Position numbers and translations under genes: made by a program. A stretch of DNA of 64,000 bases from Planctomycetota bacterium (lineage in GTDB: Bacteria > Planctomycetota > Phycisphaerae > SM23-33). Position 1 is the stretch's first letter. Each line of letters opens with the position of its first letter. The notes beneath the pieces are model-generated. The model did not search any database. It saw only the letters and a list, made by a program, of their open reading frames with translations, and was not told where the DNA came from. Below are positions 29,901 through 38,334 of this stretch, in pieces. The DNA is taken from positions 62,891-126,890 of the forward strand of contig JAKJER010000002.1 in NCBI GenBank assembly GCA_022705325.1, given 5' to 3'.

Positions 29901-30669
29901 CAAGGCCCTTGGCCTGGACCCGGCCAAGGCCCACCTGTATGCACCGGTGGTCAATGGCTTCCAGGGCGAGTCGTTGTTCCAGCCCGGGCAGGCCGTCCCG
30001 CTCGCTCCGGGCAAGGGCTGGCTGTTGTGGGTCGACGAACAGGCACGGTCTCAGCCGCCGGCCATCGATCCGTTTGCGGACCAGAAGGTCATCCTGGAAG
30101 ACCGCTTTGCGGGCACCAAGCTGGACGAGGCGTGGTCAGTGAGCCTTTCCGCCAAGGCCAGCGCGAAGCTGGCGCAGGAAAAGGGCGCCATGGTCATTTC
30201 GGCAGGGGCCAACTCGTACGCGTATGCCGAGCGGCCGTTGCCGCCAGGCGTGCGGGCCGTTACCTGCCGCGTCAACCAGGCCAGCGACGAAGGCAAGTCC
30301 TGGGGGCCGGGCCTGGCCCTGGTCTGGAAGGACGGACGGGCCCTGCGGGTGAACCTGCGGGTCGAGGGTTGCTTCGGTGTGGACGGGACTGGCAGGCAGA
30401 TCATGACCGGTTCGGCGGCGCCCGCGACCTGGACGGACCTTGTCATCCGCCTGGATGACAAGGAGATCATTGTGCTGGCCTCGCAAGACTCCCGCACGTG
30501 GCAGGAACTGGCCCGCGTGCCGCGGTCGGCGTTCGCGGGCGACCCGGCGGCGGTGCGGCTGGGCAAGATGAGCCTCGGCCTCAAGGCCCAGGACCATTCC
30601 GTGCCAGGCCCGACGGGTCGCTGCGAGATCAAGGACCTTCGGGTATTTGGCGCTTCGTCGAGGCGATAA
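26974..30669 (+). CDS. Large secreted multi-domain protein, putative glycoside hydrolase (GH123/DUF4091-like TIM-barrel core), 1231 aa
   Basis: Signal peptide (FAAFILIGVLGSSPAWAA). Central region rich in aromatic/His residues (NLHQGG...YYTLRELSNH...LYLDDIGYD...HSWNHYN) consistent with a glycosidase-like barrel. C-terminal beta-sandwich-like region. AAAGGA Shine-Dalgarno-like motif. The family assignment is tentative. Confidence 0.55.
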   Translation: MGMPGLADRRPVAVSFAAFILIGVLGSSPAWAAESGSAADIPYGVGKWDEPLGNHRARLVVDAAAPALRASIEWRRCDPDVEKKDVLVVDARNGKPVANRVVAAINRERGEVVFQASTAGEYYVYYMPCNPGRSAFPTARYNPPKETAAADWLAANRLRQGDLPAGEWKKLPQAKVLAFQARTDFDSVYPMEVIATAQEIRDLLARHGGKAFLLFPEDRRFPIRMTDDLPLRWMRTGPAGRFAGKAQPGEYYVFQVGLYAVKGPAKRVAIRPGDVVDAGGKVVVPAGGITCFNLAGRDWLGRPMQMDLTVPEGKVQAMWLGMQIPPDASAGLHRGEVTVSAEGAPPAKVSLEIEVAGEQLPDCGDGELWRLSRLRWLNSDLGVDDELVPPFTAVTVNGDEVGVLGRRIRFGETGLPASIVSTFAATPDRADAPSREILNGPVAFVAQTPAGAAQWKSQPAKLLRQAPGAVYRQSDSQAGPLRLSCWSKTECDGYTNFRIKLTADTAVTLTDARLEIPFHRDVARYLMGMGRKGGLRPEKLNWKWDRNKHQDAVWIGDVNAGLQVKLKGPAYTWPNVNIHYRARPLDMPDAWVNGGKGGCDVIENGDSVLLRVYAGPRELQAGQTLEFHLGLLVTPVKSIRPAEHWAARYYHTGGDSSVDAAAAAGATVINLHQGGRLNPYINYPFLTLDSLKKWIDAAHAKGMRAKIYYTLRELSNHVVELPALRSLGNEIYSDGPGGGSAWLMEHLRTHYKSAWHEWLPNGYIDASIATAGLSRWHNYYVESLGWLARTIGLDGLYLDDIGYDREIMKRVRKVLLRANPRSMIDVHSWNHYNGRACFANSANLFMEHMPYVDRLWLGEGFNYNGEPSDYWLVEISGLPFGLMGEMLQGGGNPWRGMVYGMTNRLGWGGNPKALWKLWDEFGLGESRMIGYWDPACPVRTGRPDVLATAYVRKGRTLISIASWAPQPVQVKLDIDFKALGLDPAKAHLYAPVVNGFQGESLFQPGQAVPLAPGKGWLLWVDEQARSQPPAIDPFADQKVILEDRFAGTKLDEAWSVSLSAKASAKLAQEKGAMVISAGANSYAYAERPLPPGVRAVTCRVNQASDEGKSWGPGLALVWKDGRALRVNLRVEGCFGVDGTGRQIMTGSAAPATWTDLVIRLDDKEIIVLASQDSRTWQELARVPRSAFAGDPAAVRLGKMSLGLKAQDHSVPGPTGRCEIKDLRVFGASSRR

Positions 30670-30704
30670 GGCCGCGACAAGCCGGAACGGCGAGCCTGTC
30701 GCCG

Positions 30705-31013
30705 TCAGCCGTACTTCTTGGTCAGGGCGTCGTAGTCGACCCTTCCGATGTCCTCGGGGGTCATGCAGACACTGGTCTCGATCTGGGCGTCGAAGGCGAG
30801 CAGCCACGGTTCGGTGAAGCGGACGTAGTCGGCCTCGGATGCGACGTCCACGACAAGGACGGCCCCGCGCTGTCCGCCCGTCTGTCTGCCGAAGTACGCG
30901 GCCTGCGGCTTGAGATCTTCGAGGATCTCGCGGATCTTGGGCCCGACTTGCCCGCTGCGCCACAGATGGTTGAACCGGGCAGTGGGGAAAGTCACCAGCA
31001 TGAGCATTCGCAT
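30705..31013 (-). CDS. Small hypothetical alpha+beta protein (DUF3303/Dabb-like?), 103 aa
   Basis: Start at ATG 31013 preceded by a perfect AAGGAG motif 7 nt upstream. The longer table ORF (135 aa) has a non-coding-like leader. Confidence 0.45.
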   Translation of the reverse strand: MRMLMLVTFPTARFNHLWRSGQVGPKIREILEDLKPQAAYFGRQTGGQRGAVLVVDVASEADYVRFTEPWLLAFDAQIETSVCMTPEDIGRVDYDALTKKYG

Positions 31014-31207
31014 GTCATTCTCCTTTCCTGGGAGCGCAGTGCGACATCCCGATGTCCCGGGTTTGGGAACTCGCCTGGTTGCCGCGTTGGCCTCGTGGGC
31101 CTCCGCCTGCAAATGACTTCCGATCTGTCCGGCGGCCCTCCCGACGCCGTTGCGGACGAGAGGGTCGGCGTCGGAGGTGGCCGCCTGGAGAACTCACACG
31201 GCTCGAC

Positions 31208-32794
31208 TCACGCCTTTTCGGGTTTCTTCTTTCCGGGGCTGCTGTCTTCGGCTGCCTTGGCCATCTTGCCAAGGAACTCCGGCAGGTCCAACCCGACCTG
31301 ACGGGCCAGCTCGTGCATAGGGGGCAGCGCGCCCATGAGCTTCTGACCAAGGTTGGCCATTCCCCCGTCCTTGCCCCCGCCGTCCCAGACGATGATCTTT
31401 TCGAGGGGCAGGTCGCGGATGGCCTGCGCCTGCACATGGGCCACTTCCAGCAGTTTCTCGATCAACAGGAGGCTGGCCGCCTGCTCGCCGGAGCCCGCCG
31501 CAGAGACCAGGTTCTGGTAGCCCTTGGCCTTGCCGTCCAGCAGGGCCTGCTGCCCGGTGCCCTCGGCGACCATCTTGGCTCGCGTGCCTTCGCCCTCGGC
31601 GACCATCCTGGCCTTGATGCCCTCGGCCTCGGCGGTCATCTTGGCCTGGATGCCCTGGCCTTCGCCGGTCATGCGGGCCAACGTCGCCTGGGCCTCGCCC
31701 TCGGCCAGGCGAATCTGCTCCTGTTTCTTCGCGTCGGCGGCGATGATTACCTGCTGGCGCTGGGCGTCGGCCGGAACGACCACTTCCGCGTTCAGCCGGG
31801 CCGTCTCGCGCTGTGCCTTGGCCTCCTCGGCCTTCTTCTGGGCCAGTTCCTGCGAGACGCGAATGGCGCCGTCGGCTTCCTTGGCGGCCGACTCCGCCTT
31901 GCCGCGGGCCTGCTGTTCCGCCACGTGCTGGCTGGCGCGGTAGGCAGCCTTGTTCGCTTCTGCATCGGCCTCCGTCTCAACCGCTTCCGCCTCCAGTCGG
32001 GCCACCCGCTGGCGTTTGTCACGTGCGGCGGAGACCTCGCCGATCTCGGCGGCGGCGTTGGCGGCCGCCACAGCGATGCGTTTTTCCTTCTGGCGTTCGG
32101 CCACACCGATCTGCCCGATCCGCTCCTGCTCGGCGACGTCGACGTTGGCCTGATTGATGGCGGTGGCGGCGGCCTTTCGCCCCAGGGCCTGGATGTAGCC
32201 GGACTCGTCCTCGATGTCGCGAATGTTGACGTTGATGAGCGCCAGCCCGATCTTCTCCAACTCGACGCTGACGGCTTCGTTGACCTTGGCCATGAAGGCC
32301 TGGCGGTCGGAGTTGATTTCCTCGATGCGCATGGTGGCGATGACGGCGCGCATCTGGCCGAGGATAATGTCCTGGGCCTGGGCCTGGATCTGCTGGCGGG
32401 TGAGACCCAGCAGACGGATGGCGGCATTCTCCATCACGCCCGATTCGTTGGAGATGGCCGCCGTCACCGTGGTGGGAACGGCCACGCGGATGTTTTCCAT
32501 CGACAGGGCGTTTGTGAGGTCGACCGGAACGACGAACGGTTCGAGGTCGAGATAGTCGTAGGCCTGGAAGAGGGGGATGACAAACGCCGCCCCGCCGTGG
32601 ATGCAGCGGGCGGCGCCGCTGCCGGTCTTGCCGTAGATGACGAGGATCTTGTTGGCCGGGCAGCGCCGGTAATAGCGGGCCAGCGTGGCCAGCGCCGCAA
32701 AAAGAATGACGAAGATCAGCACGACCAGGATGAGCGGCGTATAGTCGGAGGGGTCGCGCGTGAGGGGCAGCGACGAGAGGACAAGGGCGTGCAT
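31208..32794 (-). CDS. Flotillin family protein (SPFH/band-7 domain, FloA/YqiK-like), 528 aa
   Basis: N-terminal TM anchor, SPFH domain, then a long Ala/Glu/Gln-rich coiled-coil with EA repeats and a C-terminal flotillin tail. Start moved to the ATG at 32794. Confidence 0.8.
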   Translation of the reverse strand: MHALVLSSLPLTRDPSDYTPLILVVLIFVILFAALATLARYYRRCPANKILVIYGKTGSGAARCIHGGAAFVIPLFQAYDYLDLEPFVVPVDLTNALSMENIRVAVPTTVTAAISNESGVMENAAIRLLGLTRQQIQAQAQDIILGQMRAVIATMRIEEINSDRQAFMAKVNEAVSVELEKIGLALINVNIRDIEDESGYIQALGRKAAATAINQANVDVAEQERIGQIGVAERQKEKRIAVAAANAAAEIGEVSAARDKRQRVARLEAEAVETEADAEANKAAYRASQHVAEQQARGKAESAAKEADGAIRVSQELAQKKAEEAKAQRETARLNAEVVVPADAQRQQVIIAADAKKQEQIRLAEGEAQATLARMTGEGQGIQAKMTAEAEGIKARMVAEGEGTRAKMVAEGTGQQALLDGKAKGYQNLVSAAGSGEQAASLLLIEKLLEVAHVQAQAIRDLPLEKIIVWDGGGKDGGMANLGQKLMGALPPMHELARQVGLDLPEFLGKMAKAAEDSSPGKKKPEKA

Positions 32795-32837
32795 GGTATT
32801 TCCTTTTCTGTTGCGCGATGCGGTATTCCGGCCGGGA

Positions 32838-33503
32838 TCAGCCGGCCGCTGCTGACGCCGTCTCTGGCGCCACTTCAACCATGTTGGCGGCCAATACACG
32901 GATGATCTTGACCGGCGTGCCGGGCGCGAGCGGAGCGCCGCCCGCCTGGCCGCGGGCCTTGACCAGCGAGATCACCCCGCTGACCGGGACGCGGACCTCG
33001 CCCAGCCCATCGGGGGGAATCTGAAGATAGACCGTGCCGACCGCCCCAACGCAGGTGCTGAGCCGGCGCGTGCCGGTCTCGGCCATCTTCCGCATGAAGT
33101 GGAAGACCAGGGCAACGCCCAGCAGCCCGCCCAGGCCCCACACCACTCCCAGCAGAGCGGCGGTGGGCAGGCCCGCGCCATTGTCCAGGTACAGAGCGGC
33201 GGCCCACGAGAACATCGTGAAGAACGCCATTACGGAGCGGACGCTGAGAAGCTTGAAGGCCAACAGACCTTCGTGGATGTCGGCGGGGGCCTCTCCGGCA
33301 TGATGGGCGACCGCATCCATACCGTCGGGATGCATGTCGATGTCGTGCCCCGCGTCAAGGTCATGTCCGCCGGCTACATCGTGGTCGGCACTGAGCCCGG
33401 AAAAGGCCGCGATCATCTGCCACAGGAACAACAGCGTGAAGAAGAGGGCCGAGGCGTACAGCCACTGGTTGATCGTTGTGAGGTCCTGCCACCATTCAAT
33501 CAT
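32838..33503 (-). CDS. NfeD-family membrane protein (YqiJ-like flotillin partner), 221 aa
   Basis: Two or three TM helices plus a C-terminal OB-fold-like segment (GEVRVPVSGVISLVKARG...VKIIRVLAANMVEV). Immediately upstream of the flotillin gene. Contains a His/Asp-rich insert. Confidence 0.7.
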   Translation of the reverse strand: MIEWWQDLTTINQWLYASALFFTLLFLWQMIAAFSGLSADHDVAGGHDLDAGHDIDMHPDGMDAVAHHAGEAPADIHEGLLAFKLLSVRSVMAFFTMFSWAAALYLDNGAGLPTAALLGVVWGLGGLLGVALVFHFMRKMAETGTRRLSTCVGAVGTVYLQIPPDGLGEVRVPVSGVISLVKARGQAGGAPLAPGTPVKIIRVLAANMVEVAPETASAAAG

Positions 33504-33712
33504 GGCCGAGCTCCTTGCGTGGCGGCCACGGTCCCCCGGAAACGGCAATTCCGCGAGGCCCGTCCAGGCCGGCGGCGTCTAGGGATGCCATTGACGTTTC
33601 TACCGTATCGCGGGCGCCCAGGGGAGTCAACCTTCTCGTGGGGCGATTCCAAAGATGGCGTGGTTTTGGAATGCCGCATCCGCCCACGGAGAAGCGGGCA
33701 CGCCGCACGGGG

Positions 33713-35023
33713 TCACGCCTTGGCCAACTCGCCCGAGTACGCCTGGATCTTGCGGATGGCCTGGGCGATCTGGTCCATGTCGTCGCGGCCGCCCAGCAGC
33801 AGGTTCTGCGTGAACCACACGGCCTGCTGGCACAGGCGATCGTTCTCCGGACACTGGACGCGCTCTTCCCAGCGGTCGAGATCGGCCTTCGAGAACAACC
33901 TGCGGTAGCCGCGCAGGGCCAGCGCGTCGCGGATGTGCGGCGCCTTGTTGAGCGGCGAGTACCCGCCGGAGGCGGGGATGCCCTCGGCCGACAACGCGGA
34001 GAGGAACCTGGACTTCGACAGGCCGGAAAAGGCCTTGGCGTCGTAGCGGAACATGTAGAGGTGGTAGGCGTTCCGCGTGCAACCGTCGTACATGCGGGCC
34101 GGGGCGATGCCCGGCACCTGGCGCAGTTGGGCGGAGAGGTAGTCGGCGTTCTCGGTGCGAATCTTCGCGTTCTGCTCGATCCGCTCCATCTGCGCCACCA
34201 GCAGGTTGGCCTGGAACTCGGTCATGCGGAGATTGTTGGCCAGGCCTCCGTGATAGGCCAGGTCCACACCGGGGCGTTTCCGTCCGCAGTTGTGGAAGGC
34301 GTGGCAGTTGGCGGCCAGTTGTTCGTTCGACGTGAGGATGGCCCCTCCCTCGCCGGAGGGCAGGTTCTTGGTCACCTGGAAGCTGAAGCAGCCGGTGTCG
34401 CCCAAAGAGCCGACGTTGCGGCCTTTCCACTGGGCCAGGTGGGCCTGGCAGGCGTCCTCGACGACGGGCAGTTTGTGCTTCTTTGCGACGGCGAGAATCG
34501 AGTCCATGTCGCACGGCGAGCCGCCGATGTGGACAGGGAGGATGGCGGCGGTGCGGTCGGAGATGGCAGGCTCGATCTTCTTGGGGTCCATCAGGAACGT
34601 CTCGATATCCGAGTCGACGAATATCGGCAGGGCGTAGTGAAGCATCACCACGCTCAACGTGGCGACAAAGGTGTACGGCGAGAGGATCACCTCGTCGCCC
34701 GGACCCACGCCCAGAGCGGCCAGCGACGTGTACAAGGCGCTAGTGCCGCTGGTCGTGGCGGTGCAGTACCTGGCCCCGTTCATCTTGGCCCAGGCGTCCT
34801 GAAAGCGGACGACGCCCTTGTCGTAGAACCACTTGCCGCTGCGGAGCACGTTGCCCACGGCCTTCTCGTCGGCCTCGTTCACGACGGGCCAGTGGGGGAA
34901 GGGCTTGGTCCGCACGGGCTTGCCGCCCAGGGCGGCGGGCTTGTCGGCGGCCTTGACCGACGTGCCGACCGACAGGGTCACGCCGGCGGCAGCGGCGGCG
35001 GCAACGAAATCACGACGATTCAT
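33713..35023 (-). CDS. DegT/DnrJ/EryC1/StrS-family PLP-dependent aminotransferase with Tat signal peptide, 436 aa
   Basis: Start at ATG 35023 (MNRRDFVAAAAAAGVTLSVGTSVKAA, a Tat-like signal). The body matches the sugar aminotransferase fold (TSGTSALY..., FQVTKNL lysine region). Confidence 0.75.
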   Translation of the reverse strand: MNRRDFVAAAAAAGVTLSVGTSVKAADKPAALGGKPVRTKPFPHWPVVNEADEKAVGNVLRSGKWFYDKGVVRFQDAWAKMNGARYCTATTSGTSALYTSLAALGVGPGDEVILSPYTFVATLSVVMLHYALPIFVDSDIETFLMDPKKIEPAISDRTAAILPVHIGGSPCDMDSILAVAKKHKLPVVEDACQAHLAQWKGRNVGSLGDTGCFSFQVTKNLPSGEGGAILTSNEQLAANCHAFHNCGRKRPGVDLAYHGGLANNLRMTEFQANLLVAQMERIEQNAKIRTENADYLSAQLRQVPGIAPARMYDGCTRNAYHLYMFRYDAKAFSGLSKSRFLSALSAEGIPASGGYSPLNKAPHIRDALALRGYRRLFSKADLDRWEERVQCPENDRLCQQAVWFTQNLLLGGRDDMDQIAQAIRKIQAYSGELAKA

Positions 35024-35031
35024 GGATGCGC

Positions 35032-36471
35032 TCACGGTGCGTCTCCTTTCGCCGGTGCGGGAGCGGGCACAATCGGCTCGTCCGGCCCGGTGGCCTGGCA
35101 GCCCACCGCCGCCAGAACGCGGCGGCAGGCGGCGATCATGGTCTCTTCCACAGTGTCGGTGAACGGCCCCGGATGGCCGTAGTAGATCATGCTTTCGATC
35201 GGCTCGTACCCGCCCTCGCCCAGCATCCGCCTGGACGGGATGTACGCGGGCACGTCGTTGCTGTAGCCGGCGACGACCAGGTCCGTCCGCGGGAACGCCC
35301 GCTTCAGGCGCAGGGCGTATTCCACCACGACCTCGCCTCCCATGGCCGCGATCGCCAGACCCTCGCCCAGCGCCGCCGCCTGCACCGGCACGGTCAGGTG
35401 GCGCACCGGCTTGCCCGCGTCCATCGCGGCCAGCACGCTCTCGGCCCGGCGTTTGCGGAAACGATTGGTGCTCTTGGCCTCCTCCTCCAGCCACGCCCGC
35501 GTGGGCTGGGTGAACTCCAGATCGACCTCTCCGAAGGCCGAGCGGATCGCGGGGCGGATCGCCTTCAACTCCCCGTCCAGCACCCGCTTGACCTGGCCCG
35601 CCAGGGCCTTGCCGTACTGCTCGGCGATCTCGGTCGTCCCGCGGGGACCGGGGTTCTGGTTGCCCCCGCACAGGATCATGAACACAGCCGTCGCTCCCGG
35701 CACAAGCTTCTCCAACTCCGTCTGGGCAAAGCCGGCATAGTCGCCGTTGATGCGGTAGTTGTTCCCGCCCTGCGTGGTGTTGTGGCAGGCGTAGCCGAAC
35801 AACACCGCACGCACCTTTCCATCAGGCGAGGCGATCCGAAGCACGGGCACGTCGTGGTCGACCGGTCCGGCCGGGTTCACGCCGATGCGGAAACCCTTCT
35901 CGGTGGGCTGTCGGCGGTTGACGGCGAAGCCGACCTGCCCGTGCCCGACCGCCAGCGTCGCCGCGGCCAGATCGGCCAGGGACTTGTCGATCACCTCGGT
36001 CAGGTCGTCGGCCAGGCGTTCCCGGTATCGCACGACCTTCTCTCGCTCCGCCGGCCCGCCCTCCAGGAGGAAGTCGAGATTCCGCCAGACCACCGGTCCG
36101 GCGTGAGTGTGTGAGGCGTTGAAGAGGAGTTGGCGGCGTTCCAGGCCGTGCTTCTTCCTGGCTTGATCGGCGACCTGGTTGCAGAGGTCTCGCGGCAGGG
36201 CGATCAGATCGGCGGTGACGATCACCAGCCGCTCCCCGCGCTGATCGCGCAGGGCCAGCGCCTTGGCGTGCAGGGCGTGGAGTACCTCGTCGCTGGGCCG
36301 GGTGCGGGCGGCGTAGCCCGCCATCCAGATCGGTCCGGGCGGCGTGATGACCTTGCTGGCCACGCCCGCCTGGAACTCGCCCCCCGCGGGGGCCGCGGCT
36401 TGGGCGAGAGACTCCAAGTGGCCGGGGACGAGCCAGAAGACCGCAATCAAGATGCACGCACACGTTCGCAT
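35032..36471 (-). CDS. Neutral/alkaline ceramidase-like family protein, secreted, 479 aa
   Basis: Signal peptide MRTCACILIAVFWLVPG. The NASHTHAGP motif matches the ceramidase N-terminal signature. Paralog of 24346-25857. Its stop lies 6 nt from the downstream DegT start. Confidence 0.6.
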   Translation of the reverse strand: MRTCACILIAVFWLVPGHLESLAQAAAPAGGEFQAGVASKVITPPGPIWMAGYAARTRPSDEVLHALHAKALALRDQRGERLVIVTADLIALPRDLCNQVADQARKKHGLERRQLLFNASHTHAGPVVWRNLDFLLEGGPAEREKVVRYRERLADDLTEVIDKSLADLAAATLAVGHGQVGFAVNRRQPTEKGFRIGVNPAGPVDHDVPVLRIASPDGKVRAVLFGYACHNTTQGGNNYRINGDYAGFAQTELEKLVPGATAVFMILCGGNQNPGPRGTTEIAEQYGKALAGQVKRVLDGELKAIRPAIRSAFGEVDLEFTQPTRAWLEEEAKSTNRFRKRRAESVLAAMDAGKPVRHLTVPVQAAALGEGLAIAAMGGEVVVEYALRLKRAFPRTDLVVAGYSNDVPAYIPSRRMLGEGGYEPIESMIYYGHPGPFTDTVEETMIAACRRVLAAVGCQATGPDEPIVPAPAPAKGDAP

Positions 36472-36598
36472 TCTGCTTCCCCTTCTCGGCAAGGCGCCGC
36501 GTCAGCGTCATTCGGATGCGAATGACGAATCCATTCTGCTGCGGTGCCTGCAGGCGGTCAAGGCAAAACGACAGGTCATCCGCCTTGGCGTCGCTGTC

Positions 36599-38023
36599 CT
36601 ATGCTGCGCCGCCTTCCTCGATGACCTTGAATCCCATCAAGGAGGCCAGGTCCTGCATGGCCTTCATGTGATCGCCGTAGAACACCACGCGGTGAAGCAG
36701 GGTCATGGTGTCGCCCTGGATCACGTCGCCGCCCCAGTTCAGGAACATCCGCCGGGCGTCACGCACGCGGGTGGTGAACTGCGTGCGGCAGGCGAGCGGG
36801 CTGTTGCCGATCTCCGTAATCGTGCCGGGGGAGATCAGCATCGTGTCCAGGTTCACCAGCTTGGCGCACGTGACCGGCTGGCCGACGCGCTGGGCGACGT
36901 CGAGCGCGACCCCGCCCTGGCTGTCGGTCTGGCTGCGAATGCGGAAGGGCAGTCGCTGGCCGGCGGGGCCGTCCATCTTCGTCGCGCAGGTGCAATGGAA
37001 GTGGATCAGGGCGTTCTTGGAGACGTCGAACACCGGGTCCGTAATGAACCCGGGCACGCCGAACGCGTAGGCGAACAGCAGCATGGTCAACGTGGAGTCG
37101 ATGTCGCCCTCGCACGCCCCGACCAGGCCCAGGTCGTTGAGCTTGCTGAACGTCAGGCACCCGCGCGGATTGCCCATGCAGTGTACGCTGCAGACGGCCT
37201 GGGCCTTCTCCTGGATCATCAGGCCCTTGATCGCCAGGTACAGGCGGGCCGAGGCGATGATCTCGTCCTTGGTCGGCTCGACGATCTCCTTGGCCTGGCC
37301 GAGCCAGTAGTCCTGGGCCTCGGCCTCGGCCGCCTTGACATCCACCGCCTGCATGGCCTCCATGATCTTCTGGTGGGGGATGACGACCAGGTCGCTGCCG
37401 AAGGCCTTCTTGATGCTTTCGGCCGAGCAGGCGGCGGTCGTGCCGTGCGGGCGGCCCCAGGCGATGATGCGGGTCTGCTTCATCCAGGCGGGGACCCGCA
37501 GCAGGCCGACGGCGCGGTCAATGTCGCTCCAGTCGCTGGTGGGGAGCAGGACGACCTTCTTGCCGTCCTTGTGCCACTGGGGGAAGTACATCCACCCGTG
37601 CCCTGAGAAGGGCGGGGCGAAGACGACCGTGGGCAGGCCGACGTCCACCAGCTTGCCCAGCGCGGGGGCGCCGCCGCCGTGACCGGACAGGTGGACCATC
37701 AGCAACGCGTCGGCTTCGGGGAGCTTCTGGGCCACCTCGTCCGCCTTGGCGGGGGGAATCAGGTCTCCGCCGACGAACTTCACGTTGCCGAGCTTCTGCT
37801 CCAGGTCGGCCAGGTACTTGTTCAACCGTTCCAACTCCTCGGTGGGGCGGGAGAGATAGGACCCGCCCGTGCGCCCGGCGAAGAGCTTGTAGATCTTGAC
37901 GGGGGGCAGCTTGGGGAAGTCGGCGTCTTTGCTCTCGGCGGACGCGGCGGCGAAGTTGGCAGCGAGCATGGCCCCGCCGGCAGCGGCGGCGCCCAGGAAT
38001 TGGCGTCTCGTGAAGTCGCTCAT
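36599..38023 (-). CDS. Tat-signal protein with AraA/FucI-like sugar-isomerase features, 474 aa
   Basis: RRQFLGAAAAGGAMLAANFAAASA Tat signal. GACEGDIDSTL resembles the L-arabinose isomerase GAEGDWKTA metal-site region. HFHCT motif. The family call is an inference. Confidence 0.45.
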   Translation of the reverse strand: MSDFTRRQFLGAAAAGGAMLAANFAAASAESKDADFPKLPPVKIYKLFAGRTGGSYLSRPTEELERLNKYLADLEQKLGNVKFVGGDLIPPAKADEVAQKLPEADALLMVHLSGHGGGAPALGKLVDVGLPTVVFAPPFSGHGWMYFPQWHKDGKKVVLLPTSDWSDIDRAVGLLRVPAWMKQTRIIAWGRPHGTTAACSAESIKKAFGSDLVVIPHQKIMEAMQAVDVKAAEAEAQDYWLGQAKEIVEPTKDEIIASARLYLAIKGLMIQEKAQAVCSVHCMGNPRGCLTFSKLNDLGLVGACEGDIDSTLTMLLFAYAFGVPGFITDPVFDVSKNALIHFHCTCATKMDGPAGQRLPFRIRSQTDSQGGVALDVAQRVGQPVTCAKLVNLDTMLISPGTITEIGNSPLACRTQFTTRVRDARRMFLNWGGDVIQGDTMTLLHRVVFYGDHMKAMQDLASLMGFKVIEEGGAA

Positions 38024-38334
38024 GGTGTGCTCCTTGCGAAGAGATCAGAGAGAACCGAAGGATGACTGACGGTCATGGGTGCACCGCCTTTTCCGAACCG
38101 ACTGCGATGGTGAAGGTATTGTCCCCGCGGGCCTGTCGAGCGGTCAAGCACAAAGAGCCCCGCTGTCGTGGGTACACTCGCCTGGTCAGCCGTCCCTGTG
38201 GTGTCTTCCCGGAAGCGGGCCTGCGACTGCGCTGCCGCTCGCCGCAAGCGGTCGTCGGGGGGAGAAAAACCGGGCAACTGCCCAGCCGCTGTGATACTCT
38301 GCGGGCTGGCCCACAGCCAGAAGGAGAGTGTGCG

